From: the human T2T-CHM13v2.0 reference genome, Homo sapiens
NCBI RefSeq assembly: GCF_009914755.1
Contig: NC_060933.1
DNA length: 64,000 nucleotides
Reading direction: 5' to 3' (one strand)
Both the position numbers and the translations under genes were made by a program. Shown one piece after another: positions 30,539 to 48,490 of this stretch. Each line of letters opens with the position of its first letter. The stretch's first letter is position 1. Below the pieces are notes generated by a model. That model was not told the DNA's origin and searched no databases. It saw nothing but the letters and a program-made list of their open reading frames with translations.

Positions 30539-30952
30539 TATCAAAGACAAATCCAGACTTAATAAAGACAGACTTTACTCAAATAGACTATTGTAATAGA
30601 GAAAACTCTTTTATTTCAGAAATCTGCATAAGTTGCATAAGGAAACAGAAAAAGACTTCTCTTTCATAGGGAAAGGTCACCAGGGTCAGCAGAAACTTTT
30701 AAGGGGAAATTGGGCAAGAAAGTATGGATGAGCAGACAGCATAAGCAGAGTGATCTGATGGGAAGCATGCCTCCCAGTGTTCAGCTGACTATCAGCATAC
30801 ACTACTAAGAGGGGCATGTTCTGCATTTTAATGCTTGCTCAAGCTCAGGGGCAACCCCAAATTCAAAGGCCTGTGGGAAAGAGATAAGGCTTTCAAAATT
30901 TTAGTCAAGACATGGCAAAGGGTAAGAAATGAGCAATTGTGAGCATAGGTCA
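30539..30952 (-). repeat. 3' LTR of the provirus
   Basis: Shares ggaaattgggca, gcattttaatgcttgctca, ggcctgtggg and ggcaaaggg blocks with 38342-38728. Confidence 0.88.
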
Positions 30953-30999
30953 GTCCCTCCCTGCCCACCCTCACCCCACTCACCATAGTTTAAGACAAA

Positions 31000-33384
31000 C
31001 TACATTTGTCTTTAAACACTACTAAGGATGGAATAGGAATCATGAACTGAGATGGGTCAAAGTAGTTTTTAGGGGTTGAGCCAGCCTTCACATTCTCGTT
31101 GGCATTAAAGGACTAACTGTATCATCTGCCAACATGTAGTTCAACTGTTGTCGAAGGATCTTAGAGATCAGGTTTTTAATGAGAGCGATGGCTAGCAATA
31201 TCGTAGAAAAAAAACTATTAAACATGAAATAGAGGAGTAATGCCAAGATTTGTGGTTCAGATGGTGTCAGTTAAGAAGATTCTAGAACATTGAAAATATC
31301 CTTAAATAGTGGGTAGTTTGATGAATTTCCAAGTTTGTGGTCTCAATATTTTTAGTTACAGCATGTATATTAGAGAGGTTTCAGGAGCACATGCACAGCA
31401 GTTGAAAAGCCGGAATCATGCCGAAATGTACAGTCTTGTAGACAGTTATTCACTGGAGTTTCTGGTCTGAATATTTTTAGTTAGAGCATATATATTAGAG
31501 AGGTTTCAGGGAACATATGCACAACAGTTGAGAAGCCAGAATCATGCCCAAATCAAGACCATTGTAGAGAGCCATTCACCGGAGTTTCTGGAGTACTTTG
31601 GCAATGATGTTGGTGGCTTTGGTAAGACTTTCTGCAGTCTTGGTTATTTCAGAAGCAAACGATTGAATATGTACAAATTCCAGCAAACTTCCTGACCAGT
31701 CCACAACAATTGCAGGCAGAAAGTTTGCTCATATGTGATCTGCTGCAGTGGTCTTTTAAGTTTACTCTCAATCTCTTATCCTCTTGTTCTAAGGCTTCTT
31801 AAGAACCTAGAGAGAAAAAAAAGGTCGTAGCCTCCTTCTAGGATTGGGATTCTGTACCTAACCTTGCAGCTATAACATGGTTTACAGAACTTTTTGATTG
31901 CCCAGTGCCTAGGAAACTTGGATGTAATAGATTAGTTAAAGTGAGAAAAGAAAGCAATTTAGTTAAAAGTTTGATAATGGCTAGTAAAATTAGCCAGATA
32001 ACAGGATCTAGTACAATTGTCAAGCAGACATCAATAAGCACCATTACTTAATACAGTGTGTCTCATTAGGGACTGAACAGGATTCACAGGTGTAATTGTC
32101 CCATGGATTTGCACCTTAAAGCTCACATGTGCCGTTTTGATAAGGATGTTATTATGTCCAAATGGGAAATTTTCAGATTGAGGAAAGTCATGTTTGTTGT
32201 TCACAAGACAGTACCAATCATACCAGGCAAAATTATGCTTAGGATCATCTTTAAGATTCATATAACAGGGCAATGTACTCTTATCCCCCATAATAATACT
32301 GTAGTATTTGTATCGATGGAAAAGTAGGGGCAATTGCAAATACTTAAGCCCACGAAAAGGCCTTTGGTGATGTGGTGGAAGCATAGATTGCCCTATTGAA
32401 AAGTATTGGTATTGAAGAAGGAAGAAGACTCCTTTTGAAGTGTAAAAGAAAAAGCTAAAGGGCTCCAAAGTGATAATACAAAAAATAAAGGATTATCTTG
32501 CTAGGATTTCTGTAACAAAATGCTGCATAATGAGTGCCTTAACCAACAGACATTTATTTTCTCACATGTCTAGAGGCTAGAAGTCTGAGATCAGAATGTT
32601 GGCAGGGTTGGTTTCTCCTCAGGACCATGAAAGAAATATCTGTTCCAGGCCTCTCTTCTAGGTTTATAGATGCCATCTTCTCCTTGTATCTTCACATAGT
32701 CTTTCCTCTGCACATATCCCTGTCCAACTTCCCTCTCTTACAAAGATACCAGTCACAGTGTATTTGGGTCCATTTTCACAACTTTATTTTCACTTAATTA
32801 CTTCTGTAAAAATTCTATAATATCTTCATGTACAATCATATTCTAAAATGCTGGGAGTTAGAACTTCAGCATGTGAATTTTTGGAACAGAATAAAATTCA
32901 ACACATAACAAATGCCCATAAGCCTAATACTGGTATAGGAATTAGGAATAAACTAAAGGCTTCCAAAGGAAAAAAGAGTATATAATCAGCAATTAAAAGT
33001 AAGGTTTTCAAGTTGTGCTACACGTGGAGTGAAAGAATATCCATAGATTCTGGGGTTCCTATAGAGTACAGAGATGGAATAATTATTAAAGAAGCTTTCG
33101 TGAAGAGGAGAAGGAAATACTACAAGGATTCATTAGGAAAGTCTGCAGTTACAATGAGGAAAGTTATATGGACAGCAAAGGTGACAATGGAGGAACATAG
33201 GAGAAAGAAAATGGTAAAAATATATGTATAGGAACGAAAATCTCACAGTGTTTTGTTCCAACATTGTTGGTAAAGCTGACTATGTTGTGATGTCTGTCAT
33301 CTGCTTGGTGGGAAGTTATGGGGAAAGCTGTCCAATTTGTTGTGCAGACATTGTATTCTAGCAGGCTGAAAAAACAGAGCATGG
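31000..33384 (-). pseudogene. ERV env remnant
   Basis: Manual translation gives a heptad (EITKTAESLTKATNIIAKVLQKL), an ISD-like MALYNGLDLGMILAS, and NCCAYVP after a frame change. It lies between pol and the 3' LTR. Confidence 0.7.
32489..32910 (-). mobile_element. MLT1B-type LTR inserted in env
   Basis: caacagacatttattttctcac...ggctagaagtctgagatcag...aattcaacacataaca. Confidence 0.8.
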
Positions 33385-34833
<1,449 letters not shown>

Positions 34834-34841
34834 GGGCATGG

Positions 34842-37720
<2,879 letters not shown>

Positions 37721-38341
37721 TCTACTATTTAGAGAAAATTTTGAATTGTTAGATTCAAGGGCTCCTAAGAGATGAACATATTTGGGGAGATCTCAAGAAA
37801 TTTAGAGAGGTGATTATAGTTTCAAATTATACTGTGTGAAAATGCCATTTTTGAAGAAATTAGACAACGAGTGCCATAGTGGCAGGGCATATCATCAGCA
37901 GGGGCAGAGAAGACAGAATGCCATGAAAGTGAGAATTACCCATGAGATTAGGCTTGTATTCAGATAACCAAAGAGATATCACAAAAGAGCCAGGAAGATC
38001 CTCACGTAGCAGAAAAAAGCTAAGAAGAGTCCTGCTCAACAAGAGCCAGGGATTAAATCTCCACTTGGAGGGAACCAAGAAGACCTCTACCTAGGAAAGG
38101 TCTTGCTCAACAGAAATGAACTGGGAAGAGCCTCATTTAACAGTATCAAAATAACTTCTTATCCCACTACAAAAGACAAATATCAGGAATACTGAATTAA
38201 GGTTTGCTACTCACCACCATGGATTCTGATTTGCCCAGCTAGGAAGGATGCACAGGGTCAGAGAAGCCAGCATCAAAACCTGGGTGAAGATGGTATAGAT
38301 CAAGGCACTATCAGCAATCAACCTGACTCAGCACCAGAATC

Positions 38342-38728
38342 TGCCAAAGAAAAACTAATTCAGACTTAGATAAGAAAGACTTTATTCAAAATTATTGTAA
38401 TATTGAGAGTGCTCCAATCTCAGAAATTTGCTAGCGTCTCAAAATCAAACAGAAAATGTCTTTTCTCTTATAGGAAAAGGTAACCAGGGAGAGCAAAAAT
38501 TTTTAAGAGGAAATTGGGCAGGCAATGGGGAGTGAATAGAAGGCATGACAGAGGAGTCTGATAGGCCAATTCTCTTTTTAGCTGTTAAAGAGAGTAAAGT
38601 ATGCATTTTAGTGCTTGCTCAGGACTGAGAACAGGACTAACACAAGGCCCTGTGGGGAGAAGAGAAGGCTAACCAAAGTTTAATACAAGGCAAAGGGGGA
38701 AAAATGTGCAATTTTGAACTCTTGGTCG
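38342..38728 (-). repeat. 5' LTR of the provirus
   Basis: tgccaaag...cttggtcg, with minus-strand AATAAA near 38380. Homologous to 30539-30952. Confidence 0.88.
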
Positions 38729-39220
38729 GGGTCTTAGAGTAAAGGGGACTAAGGATGTGGTGGCTGTAATTCCTTTAAATTAAAAAAAGAAAGCTCGGGG
38801 AAAGGGGACAAAGGGAATAACTGTCCCACGTGAATAGAATTGGCTCAGACAGCTATAATTAAATCAAGAAAAGAGAAATGGGAGGAGGGATGAGAGACTA
38901 AGAAAAGATAGCAGTCTGGAAGGAAATTGTAGTTAGTGATTGTTAATTCATATATTTTATCCCTCACGATTTACCTATCAAAATTTCCATTTAGTATTTA
39001 AAACTCTGTGTATATTTTATCTTACCTGGAAACCCTTTCTTGAATTTAAGGATTAGCTCTTTTTCTTTCCATAGAACATTTATAACTGTGAATAATTCTG
39101 TCACAGCATTTAAAATAATATATTATATTTACTGGGTTCCTTGGAAGAGAATTCTTTATTTTCTCAACTTTAATCACCATTACATTGACATTCAATATAT
39201 GCCAGTTTTTGTTAGTTTTT

Positions 39221-39529
39221 CTTTGTTTTGTTTTTTGTTTTTTGTTTTATGAGACAGAGTGTCTCACTGTTGCCCAAGCTGGAGTGCAGTGGCACGATCT
39301 CACTGCAAGCTCCACCTCCCGGATTCACGCCATTCTCCTGCCTCAGCCTCCCCAGTAGCTGTGACTACAGGCGTCTGCCACCACGCCCGGCTAACTTTTT
39401 TGTATTTTTTTAGTAGAGGCATGGTTTCACTGTGTTAGCCAGGAGGGTCTCCATATCCTGACCTCGTGATCTGCCCACCTCGGCCTCCCAAAGTGCTGGG
39501 ATTACAGGCGTGAGCCACCGTGCCTGGCC
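39221..39529 (-). mobile_element. AluY
   Basis: ctgcaagctcc and ttcacgccattc. TSD cagtttttgttagttttt (39203-39220) / cagtttctgttagttttt (39530-39547). Confidence 0.92.
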
Positions 39530-40923
39530 CAGTTTCTGTTAGTTTTTATTGACATCCTTATATTGTCTTTACAAAGTCTTTAGGAAATCATATTGTTATT
39601 GAGAAATATCTGTACAGGGTAATACTATAGGAAAACTTTTTTATATACAGTATCAGGTAAGAAATATACTTTTAGCGTATGATTTTAATAAGGAAGATTT
39701 CTATCAATATAACATCAGTGAATAGGTTTGGAAGTGCAGAAATGATTGCAACTTTACTACTTATACCTAAGAGTTAAATATATTCCCAAATATCTATACT
39801 TTACACAGGGCATAAATTACTATGATGAGGTTTTGTAAATTCAAGCCTAGTGGCCCATCAAGAACTGTATAGATTTTTCCTTTTATCCTTATATTATGCC
39901 TATATGACAGAGCTATAAATAATTATTAATAAATATTATTAATTTTAGGTAAAATAAAATATTTTATTTTATTCCATCTTGCATAAATGTAGTATATGGG
40001 ACTATATTATTAGATGCTACTTTCCTTTTTGCCCATCACTGTAAGTTTTGCTTCTCTAGGCTTTTCCTTCTAATGCCTCTTCCTCAGGACACTTTGAAAA
40101 TTAGTTGTATTTCTGTAAATACAATTTAGATTCCTTAGGGAGCAAGCACTAGGAAAATGAAAAGCGTAATATGTTTATTCAGTAAATTGTTACATTAAAT
40201 CATAATATACACAGATGTTTATTGAGTTTGCAAAGTATAGAAACCACAAATATATCATCTTAAAATGGAATCTTATAAAAACGATTTAGGAGGAAATTGG
40301 CCACCATTAATATTACTTTTTTAAATCCTCTACTTTACCTTTAGCAGATGTCCATTTATGTTTGCAGTTCCAATAATATAACTTACATTCCATTTATTAT
40401 ACCTTAATTTTGTTATATTGGTTATTTCCCTTAATAAATATTATATAGGGAGTAGTAATTCTTTCCTTTCACAAACAATTATTACAATTTTTTAGCTTTA
40501 TAGATACTTCCAATTTATGATATCTGACTAAATAGAATGGGTTCACTTACTCCTTAAATTGAAATTACAGAATAAATTTAAGTAGGCACTGTAGTATTAA
40601 AAAACTGTGAATATTATCATGAGCAAACCATAGACACGAGAATTTTTCTGTACATAAAACTCATAGAATCCGATAAAGTAGTAAACCCAATAGAGCTGAT
40701 TAATTTATAGCCTCATGTTATCCAAAGACCTCAGAATAAAGTTGTGTGTATCCTGAGCAGTGGCCAGAATAACTCAGGGTCTGAGATGGGAAATGGGCAC
40801 TGGAGTAGTAGTACAATTACTTGGCTAATTAATTAAATGGCTTTAAAGTAAACTGATTCAGACTCTCCTCTTAGAATTTCCAGTACCCAGTGTTTTCTAC
40901 AGGGCTGAAGCCACAAGGGCTAA

Positions 40924-41241
<318 letters not shown>

Positions 41242-41416
41242 AAGAGACAATTTTTAAATAGGATGTGTTGCTGTCAGAGAAGAAGTGCAATGCCTCAAGT
41301 GACATAAACCACTGTTAAAGTAAAGAAACTCCATGTCCAGAATGTCATCTCACTAACAGAAAATTTGCTTAGCCACACATATTTGTCCTCAGGGGGACAC
41401 AAATTATCATCTACAA

Positions 41417-41711
41417 GGCCTGGCACAGTGACTCACGCCTGTAAACCCACTACTTTGGGAGGCCGAAGTGGTGGATCACGAGGTCAGGAGTTCAAAAGCA
41501 GCCTGGCCAAGATGGTGAAACCCTGTCTCTATTAAAAATACAAAAATTAGCTGGACGTGGTGGGGGCTCCTGTAATCCCAGCTACTCCGGAGGCTCAGGC
41601 AGGGAATTGCTTGAACCTGGGAGGTGGAGGTTGCAGTAAGCCAATATCGTCCCACTGCACTCCAGCCTGGGCGACACAGTGAGACTCCGTCTCAAAAAAT
41701 AAAAAAAAAAA
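41417..41711 (+). mobile_element. AluSg-like
   Basis: ggatcacgaggtcaggagttc...ggccaagatggtg. TSD aaattatcatctaca / aatttatcatctaca. Confidence 0.9.
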
Positions 41712-42036
41712 TTTATCATCTACAGATAAATAAACGTAATTAAATTAGCAGAGCTACATAAATTACATCATAAAAGTAATGTAACCAGTGTAGCTTGGGA
41801 AAATATATAAAAATATATAAAATATAAATGTATATGCACATAACTATATTTATATCTGATCATTTAAATAAGATTAAACTACAAAATTGTTTATTTAATA
41901 CAAAACGTACACAATCACAGTCTTATTGTTTTTATCTTTTCCATGGAAAGAAAATATGTTAATAATCTCCTGATTTTTTAAAAAACTTCATAATTGCTTA
42001 AACTTTTCAGAAAATAGAGATTTCAATTTAATTTTT

Positions 42037-42220
42037 AAAATATATTTATTTATTGTTGTTTTAGAGACTTTGTCATACTGTGTTGCTCGGGGCAGAATGA
42101 AGTGGCTATTCACAAGCACGATCATAGCTCATTGCAGCCTGGAACTCCTGGACTCAAATGATCTTCCCGCCTCAGCCTTCAAACTAGCCAGGACTACAGG
42201 CATGTGCCACAGCACCTGGC
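42037..42220 (-). mobile_element. FAM (fossil Alu monomer)
   Basis: Monomer retaining the 7SL segment gtggctattcacaagcacgatc. TSD ttcaatttaattttt (42022-42036) / ttcaacttagttttt (42221-42235). Confidence 0.85.
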
Positions 42221-42754
42221 TTCAACTTAGTTTTTAATAGGACAGCGTATTATGAAGATAACAAATACAAGTTGTAGACTTCTTATTAGAGCTTAAAAAT
42301 TACTCCAGAAACAAATGGTGTCTATAATTTGTGTGTGGTTTCACAAGGTTCTGTCATTAGAAATAACTTTGGGAACAAAAGCTTTATAATGCTGAATAAC
42401 ATGTACCCTTCCTCAGCTGTTAAGGGAAGGAGCAATTTATCACTTTTGTCTTACTGAGATTCCCTTCACAAGGAGGTAAGAAGGTCTGTGGCTTTCAAAG
42501 CTGTAAAGTGCTGATATTCTATTAGTTGGCAATGAAAGTCAAATATACTATGACTAGGAAACTGAAAACCTAAAATATGGAGAGAGAAGGGGCAGAATCA
42601 GGATACAAACTAATGGATGACAGAGATGGAATGTTTTATATACATAGCCTTCAAAAGCCTACTAAGATTTAAGTAGGCACACTGTATTCTTATGAGGATT
42701 AACTTTAAGCTTCAGCCTAGTCATTGAATCTTCAAATAGAGACTTTTAAAAAAA

Positions 42755-42935
42755 TACTTTATTTTTTAGAGCAGTTTAAGATTCACAGCAAAATTGAGAG
42801 GAAGGTACAGAAATATGTCATTTATCTTCTGCACCCACATGATAACCTTCACTATTATCAACATCCCCCACCAAAATGGTATATTTTTTACAATTGATCA
42901 ACCTACATTGACACATCATATTTAAACTTAAAATG
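42755..42935 (-). mobile_element. L1MC-type 3' end
   Basis: tttttagagcagtttaagattcacagcaaaattgagaggaaggtacaga. Confidence 0.75.
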
Positions 42936-43225
42936 TGATAGTAGGAGCTGGAGGAAACAGAGTTTCTATAGATAATATTTTGGGATACTATGTGGGGAGG
43001 GGTGGCTTTTGTTTTTACTCCTGAAAGGAAGGACTTGGAAATCAGAAATTGAGGAAGAGTCAGAGGAGGAAAGAATGGAAAGCTGAGAAATGAGAAATGA
43101 AACTTGAACTTGATTTTAGAAATTATCATTAGCAAACCATGACTTTCTAAACACTATTTAATGGTAAATGCTTATGGTAAAACTTAATGGTAAAATTCAG
43201 TTGTTTCTTGCCTAAAGATCTTTCT

Positions 43226-43522
43226 GGCTGGGCATAATGGCTTAAGCCTATAATCCCACCCCTTTGGGAGGCCCAGGCAGGAGGATCGCTTGAGGCCAGG
43301 AGTTCAAGATCAGCTTAGGCAACATAATGAGACCTCATCTCTACTTTTTAAAACATTAGCCAGGCGTAGTGGCGCACAACTGTAATTCTAACTACGTGGG
43401 AGGCTGAGGCAGAAGGATCGCTTGAGCCCAGGAGGTCAAGATTGCAATGAGCCATGATCACACCCACTGCACTCCAGCCTGGGTGACAGAGCAATACACT
43501 ATCTCTTAAAAATAAAAATAAA
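43226..43522 (+). mobile_element. AluJ
   Basis: ggaggatcgcttgaggccaggag. TSD aaagatctttct / aaagatatttct. Confidence 0.92.
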
Positions 43523-43559
43523 AAAGATATTTCTGATGTTGAAGTGTCTGGTAATTGTG

Positions 43560-43725
43560 AAACCCTGGCTTCAAACTCAAGCTCTGTGACGTATTAGCTG
43601 TATGATCCTAGGAGAGCTCCTTAAGCTCTCTCTGTTTAATTTTTTTATATATAAAGTGGTAGTACTACTAGGACATACTTTCATAAGATTGTTGCATGAA
43701 CTAATGGATCTAATAGATTTAAAAA
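43560..43725 (+). mobile_element. MIR
   Basis: ttcaaactcaagctctgtgacgtattagctgtatgatcct. Confidence 0.6.
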
Positions 43726-44662
43726 TCTAAAATCAACACCCCAAAACATTGAGAGGAAATGCATACTGCTTTTAATTCCATATATTCTCTTGAACTGAGC
43801 TTGCAGAGCAACCACTCTTTTAAACAGTTGAACTGGGTGATACTTTTCAGCGGGTTTGGGGAAAGCAGATTGACATCTTTTCTTCCCCTTGGCATCACTA
43901 CTGGGAAAGGAGGATCCTAAGCCTCTGACTACTTTCAAAGCCTTGTGTAATGGCTCTTCTTCTTAGATTTATACATCTTCTGTAGCACTATGCTAAACTT
44001 TTCTTAAAATAACTTGGGTGGTTCCTCTTCCTTACGTGTAAAATGTCGTGACTACAACAGTTATCTTGTGTGATAACTTGTGGCCATGATGCCTTCTTTC
44101 AAAAACCTAAGCCTGAAATATTAACTTACTGTGTGATAATTTTAGCAATTTGATATGGAAATATAGACAATTCATAAGTCTAACGAATTTTTCTGTGATG
44201 TTTCAATAGGAAGACGAGAAAATGTAAAATTTTGCAACACAGATATTCCAAGTATTCCTTTTCTGTTGATCGCTGTTTATGTACAGAAACAGAACCCATC
44301 AGCAGATTTATATTGATCACTCTGGTTTCTGCTGACAAGGTCTGTGACTGAGCCAAAATGCAGCTAATACCAAGCTAATACATGCAATAGAAACAATTGA
44401 TACCCATTTAGAAATGTGTTTTAAAAGACACGTTATTTAAGATTCTGCTTAACTGCTTTCTGTTCTTTAACTAGTTTTTCAAAAGTGAGGGATGGGCTAA
44501 ATACAGAGTTGGTTGTAATATTAATAACCACACTACAGAATTTAGTTTTGGCACCAAAATATTAAGGTTTCTGACACACAAAGCCTAAGGAAACCAAATA
44601 TTATTTCCTATCTGGTTTGAATAATAATTCTATGTACTGGTTAATATCCAAGTACTCCTGAG

Positions 44663-44733
44663 AAAATGAGATCAAATATTACATATATTATGCTGGTTTT
44701 CATAGCCTGGAGAATTTGTATGTATCTAGCTGT
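44663..44733 (+). repeat. 71-bp direct repeat, copy 1
   Basis: 68/71 identical to 46280-46350. Confidence 0.95.
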
Positions 44734-44749
44734 GATGAATTTTAGGACA

Positions 44750-44830
44750 GATAAATAGCTAGGTAGATGGTAGGTAGGTAGGTAGGTATATAGGTAGGTA
44801 GTACAGAGAGAGAGAGAGAGATGATAGATG
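44750..44830. repeat. (TAGG)n/(AG)n simple repeat
   Basis: Read directly from the sequence. Confidence 0.85.
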
Positions 44831-45539
44831 AACACAATTAAAAATAAATGAGATACTCAGAGTGAAAGGAAAAGAGAGAAGTTAAAGATAATGTGTTATG
44901 AGAAGATCTATGCATAAAAGGGAATTGAATCTCAAAGTTCAAAGTTTTACGTAACATTTCAAGGATCTTAGATGCTACTCCGCTCTGGCCTTTCCATGGA
45001 TCACCTTGGAATAACCCCTATAATATTGAGCTTCCTGCATCTAAGTCTTTGAAAGTTACTTAATTGTGGATGTTATAAACCTGAAACATCTTCGTTCTAA
45101 CGCTATGTTACCATTAAATACTAAGTATGATGTTGTATATATCAGCTGTGAACATTGGATGTTGTGAGTATCCTTTTTTCCTGTGAAAATGTGGAACCCC
45201 CTCAGGGAAAGAACCTGAATTAAAACTGGTTCATATGGGAGTAAATGGAGGGATTACAGATTCAAAGCAACACCAGTGGATAATTTTTGCTTCTCTTATT
45301 ATGTACAATTGAATTGATGATCAAGCTTTATCTCAGTACACAACTAGAATCATATTAGCTTGGAAAATAATTGAAGCACATATGGCCCAATGACCTGAAG
45401 TAATTAATAAAGAGTCTCTGGGTGTCTAATCCCGGCCATTTTTACCATTTCAGATACAGTGACTGTAATGTGTGACTAGGTAAATAAAGATTTTGCTTTA
45501 TAGAATTATAAGCTACAAACCAGTTAAAAATTGGGACAC

Positions 45540-46279
45540 ATGGCCATGCTGGAAAAGTTTGGTAACTTCTTGTAAGGTTAAATGTACACTTGGCATAAGA
45601 TCTAGCAATTATACTGTTGAATATCTAATGAAAAATTATGCCCACACAAACACCTGTACATAAATTTTCACAGAAGTTTTATTTGTAATAATTAAAACCT
45701 GGAAACCACCCAAATGACTCCAAAGGGTGAACATATAAACAAGTATGAATGATACATCCCAAAATAGGATGCTCAGTAATTAAAAGGAACAAATTATAGT
45801 TACATGTAACAACTTGCATTGATCTCAAGGACTTTATGTTGAGTGAAAAAAAGGCAATCTGAAAAGGTTAGATACTATATGATTCCATTTGTATATTATT
45901 ATCCAGCTGACAAAATTAATAATGATAGAGAACAAATCAGTGGTTGCCAGAAGTTAAGAGAAGGGAGATGTTTACAGAGTAGTAACGTGAGTGCTGAAGT
46001 CTCTATCCTGATTATGGTGATAGCTACATGAATTTTATATGTAATAAAATTTCATATAAGTATAAATTCTACTTAAAAAACGAGTTCTTATAAAACTAGT
46101 GAAATCCAGTTGAGTTAATAGCAGTATACTAATGTAAATTTCCTGGTTTTTATAATATGCTCTAGTAAGGTAAGATACTTGTCATTAGGGGAAGCTGAAT
46201 GAGAAGTACAAATGAACTCTCTGTATGTGTTTTTTAAATCTCTTATGAGAATGTACTATTTTAAAATAAAAAGGAAAAC
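45540..46279 (+). mobile_element. L1MC/L1MD 3' end
   Basis: gatctagcaattatactg; cacacaaacacctgtaca; tactatatgattccattt; aatgtaaatttcctggtttt; cattaggggaagctg; A-rich end. Confidence 0.8.
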
Positions 46280-46350
46280 AAAATGAGACCAAATATTACA
46301 TATATTATGCTGATTATCATAGCCTGGAGAATTTGTATGTATCTAGCTGT
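46280..46350 (+). repeat. 71-bp direct repeat, copy 2
   Basis: 68/71 identical to 44663-44733. Confidence 0.95.
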
Positions 46351-46924
46351 ATATTTTGAATATATCTTCCAAAAACAACTGAATTTTGAAATAATCGGTC
46401 TGAAAATTATTTTTTCTGACTCTAACTAGATTTTGGTATTAGCTGGTAATGACACAATTACAATTTGAAGTTTACGGTAATAAAAACAGGTCATAAGTAC
46501 ATAAGCTTTTTTTTTTTCATTTTGTTTTTCATAAATAGGTGGCAAAAGTAGGATGGAAGACATCAAATATTGTATAATGCTTATGTACTATCAAGTTGTT
46601 CAGATAATGAAATAAATACTTCCTGGGTGCTGGTGGGAATATACTATATCTAATATATTACAGCATAAAAGTGTTATAGGGAAAAATTTTGGCATCATCA
46701 AAATATTGATAGATATGGAAAAAAATGAATTTTTAGATAATTTCCGAAGATCATCCTGGTGTATCTCAAATTTTGTGTCTGATTGTTGATTTGATTTAAA
46801 ATGGACTTTTCACTGAGTTTTGTTCAAGATTTCAAAGGTCGTACTTTCCAAATAAGAATTACCTGATCTTATTACCTGTACATCTTTATGGTTATAACAG
46901 TAGTCTTTGTCTAGAACCATATTA

Positions 46925-46926
<2 letters not shown>

Positions 46927-46970
<44 letters not shown>
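46927..46970. repeat. (TG)22 perfect microsatellite
   Basis: Read directly from the sequence. Confidence 0.97.
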
Positions 46971-46974
<4 letters not shown>

Positions 46975-47344
46975 TTTCCAGATCTATCTAATCAACTACT
47001 ATAGTAAGACAGAATGTAATTCTGCATCGATACTAGCTCCATGGAAATCATCAAAAAATTCTCATTGTATATGCTTATGAGAAGATATTTGTACCATTGT
47101 CCATTCTTTGTATGATAGAAAAGTACTTGAATGTGTTTCAGGAAATGTGTTCATAAGCTCTTCTTGCTTTTTCTCCTCCCATAAATAGCATCACATCACT
47201 GGCAAATCATTCTAGGTCTCATTCCTTTATCTGACTTAAGAAAGTTTTAGGCAACTTCTAATATCATTTTCAGCTCTAACATTACACATTTTGTAACTTT
47301 AATGCAAGACAGTAATATGCTTAAAAGTATGTGTTTTATTGACA

Positions 47345-47880
<536 letters not shown>

Positions 47881-48195
47881 TAAAAATAGATAGTTGGTAC
47901 CAAAATAGTGCATAATAAGGCAAGTTTATTCCATTGAAATAGTTCACCTCTAGAAAATGGCAGATTCCAGAAAAAAACCTCATGTTGACTAAAGAGAAGC
48001 ACCATTTAATGAGCCAGTTTTCTTCAAAGTTGATAGACTTCTCCTTTTATTTCATTTGTTTTGTAAAAAAACCTGAAAGCAGCACTCACTCAGTGAATCT
48101 TTGAGGAAAGAAGTAGAAAAATGAATGCAGCTGCCAGCAAAATAAAATCTGTTCTTCACTTAGGGGGAAAAGTGGGAGGAATTATAAGCTGTCCC

Positions 48196-48490
48196 TTCAC
48201 TCATTCAACATATATTATTGAATTCCTAAAATTTACTAGCAACTGATCTAAACCCTGAAGTGATAACAGGAACTACTTCCCGCCTTCATGGGGCTTACAC
48301 TCTAGTGGGGCATGCAAACAAAAAACTGAATCAGCAAGTAAAATACATGATATATTTGATAATGCTATGTGCTAAGGAGAAAAGCATGCAGGGGAAAGGA
48401 ATAGGATAAGAAGTCAGGGCAGTGATTTTAAGTACGGGGTCAGGAAAGACTTCTCTGAGAATGCTACATTTGAGTAAAAATCTGAAGGAA
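48196..48490 (-). mobile_element. L2 3' end
   Basis: ttcactcattcaacatatattattga...ccttcatggggcttacactctagtgggg. Confidence 0.7.

Noticed and set aside
32031-32468. 145-aa ORF as a domesticated syncytin-like env
   Set aside because: env is fragmented by stops, frameshifts, an MLT1 insertion and a damaged CX6CC motif.
42037-42220. 7SL RNA gene or pseudogene
   Set aside because: The S domain is absent, and the structure matches a FAM monomer with tail and TSD.
43681-43938. 85-aa minus-strand ORF
   Set aside because: Non-ATG start, no recognisable domain, and its C-terminal end runs into a MIR.
44663-46350. 71-bp repeat as the TSD of the L1M at 45540-46279
   Set aside because: Copy 1 is ~800 bp from the L1M 5' end, and ~96% identity is incompatible with the age of the element.
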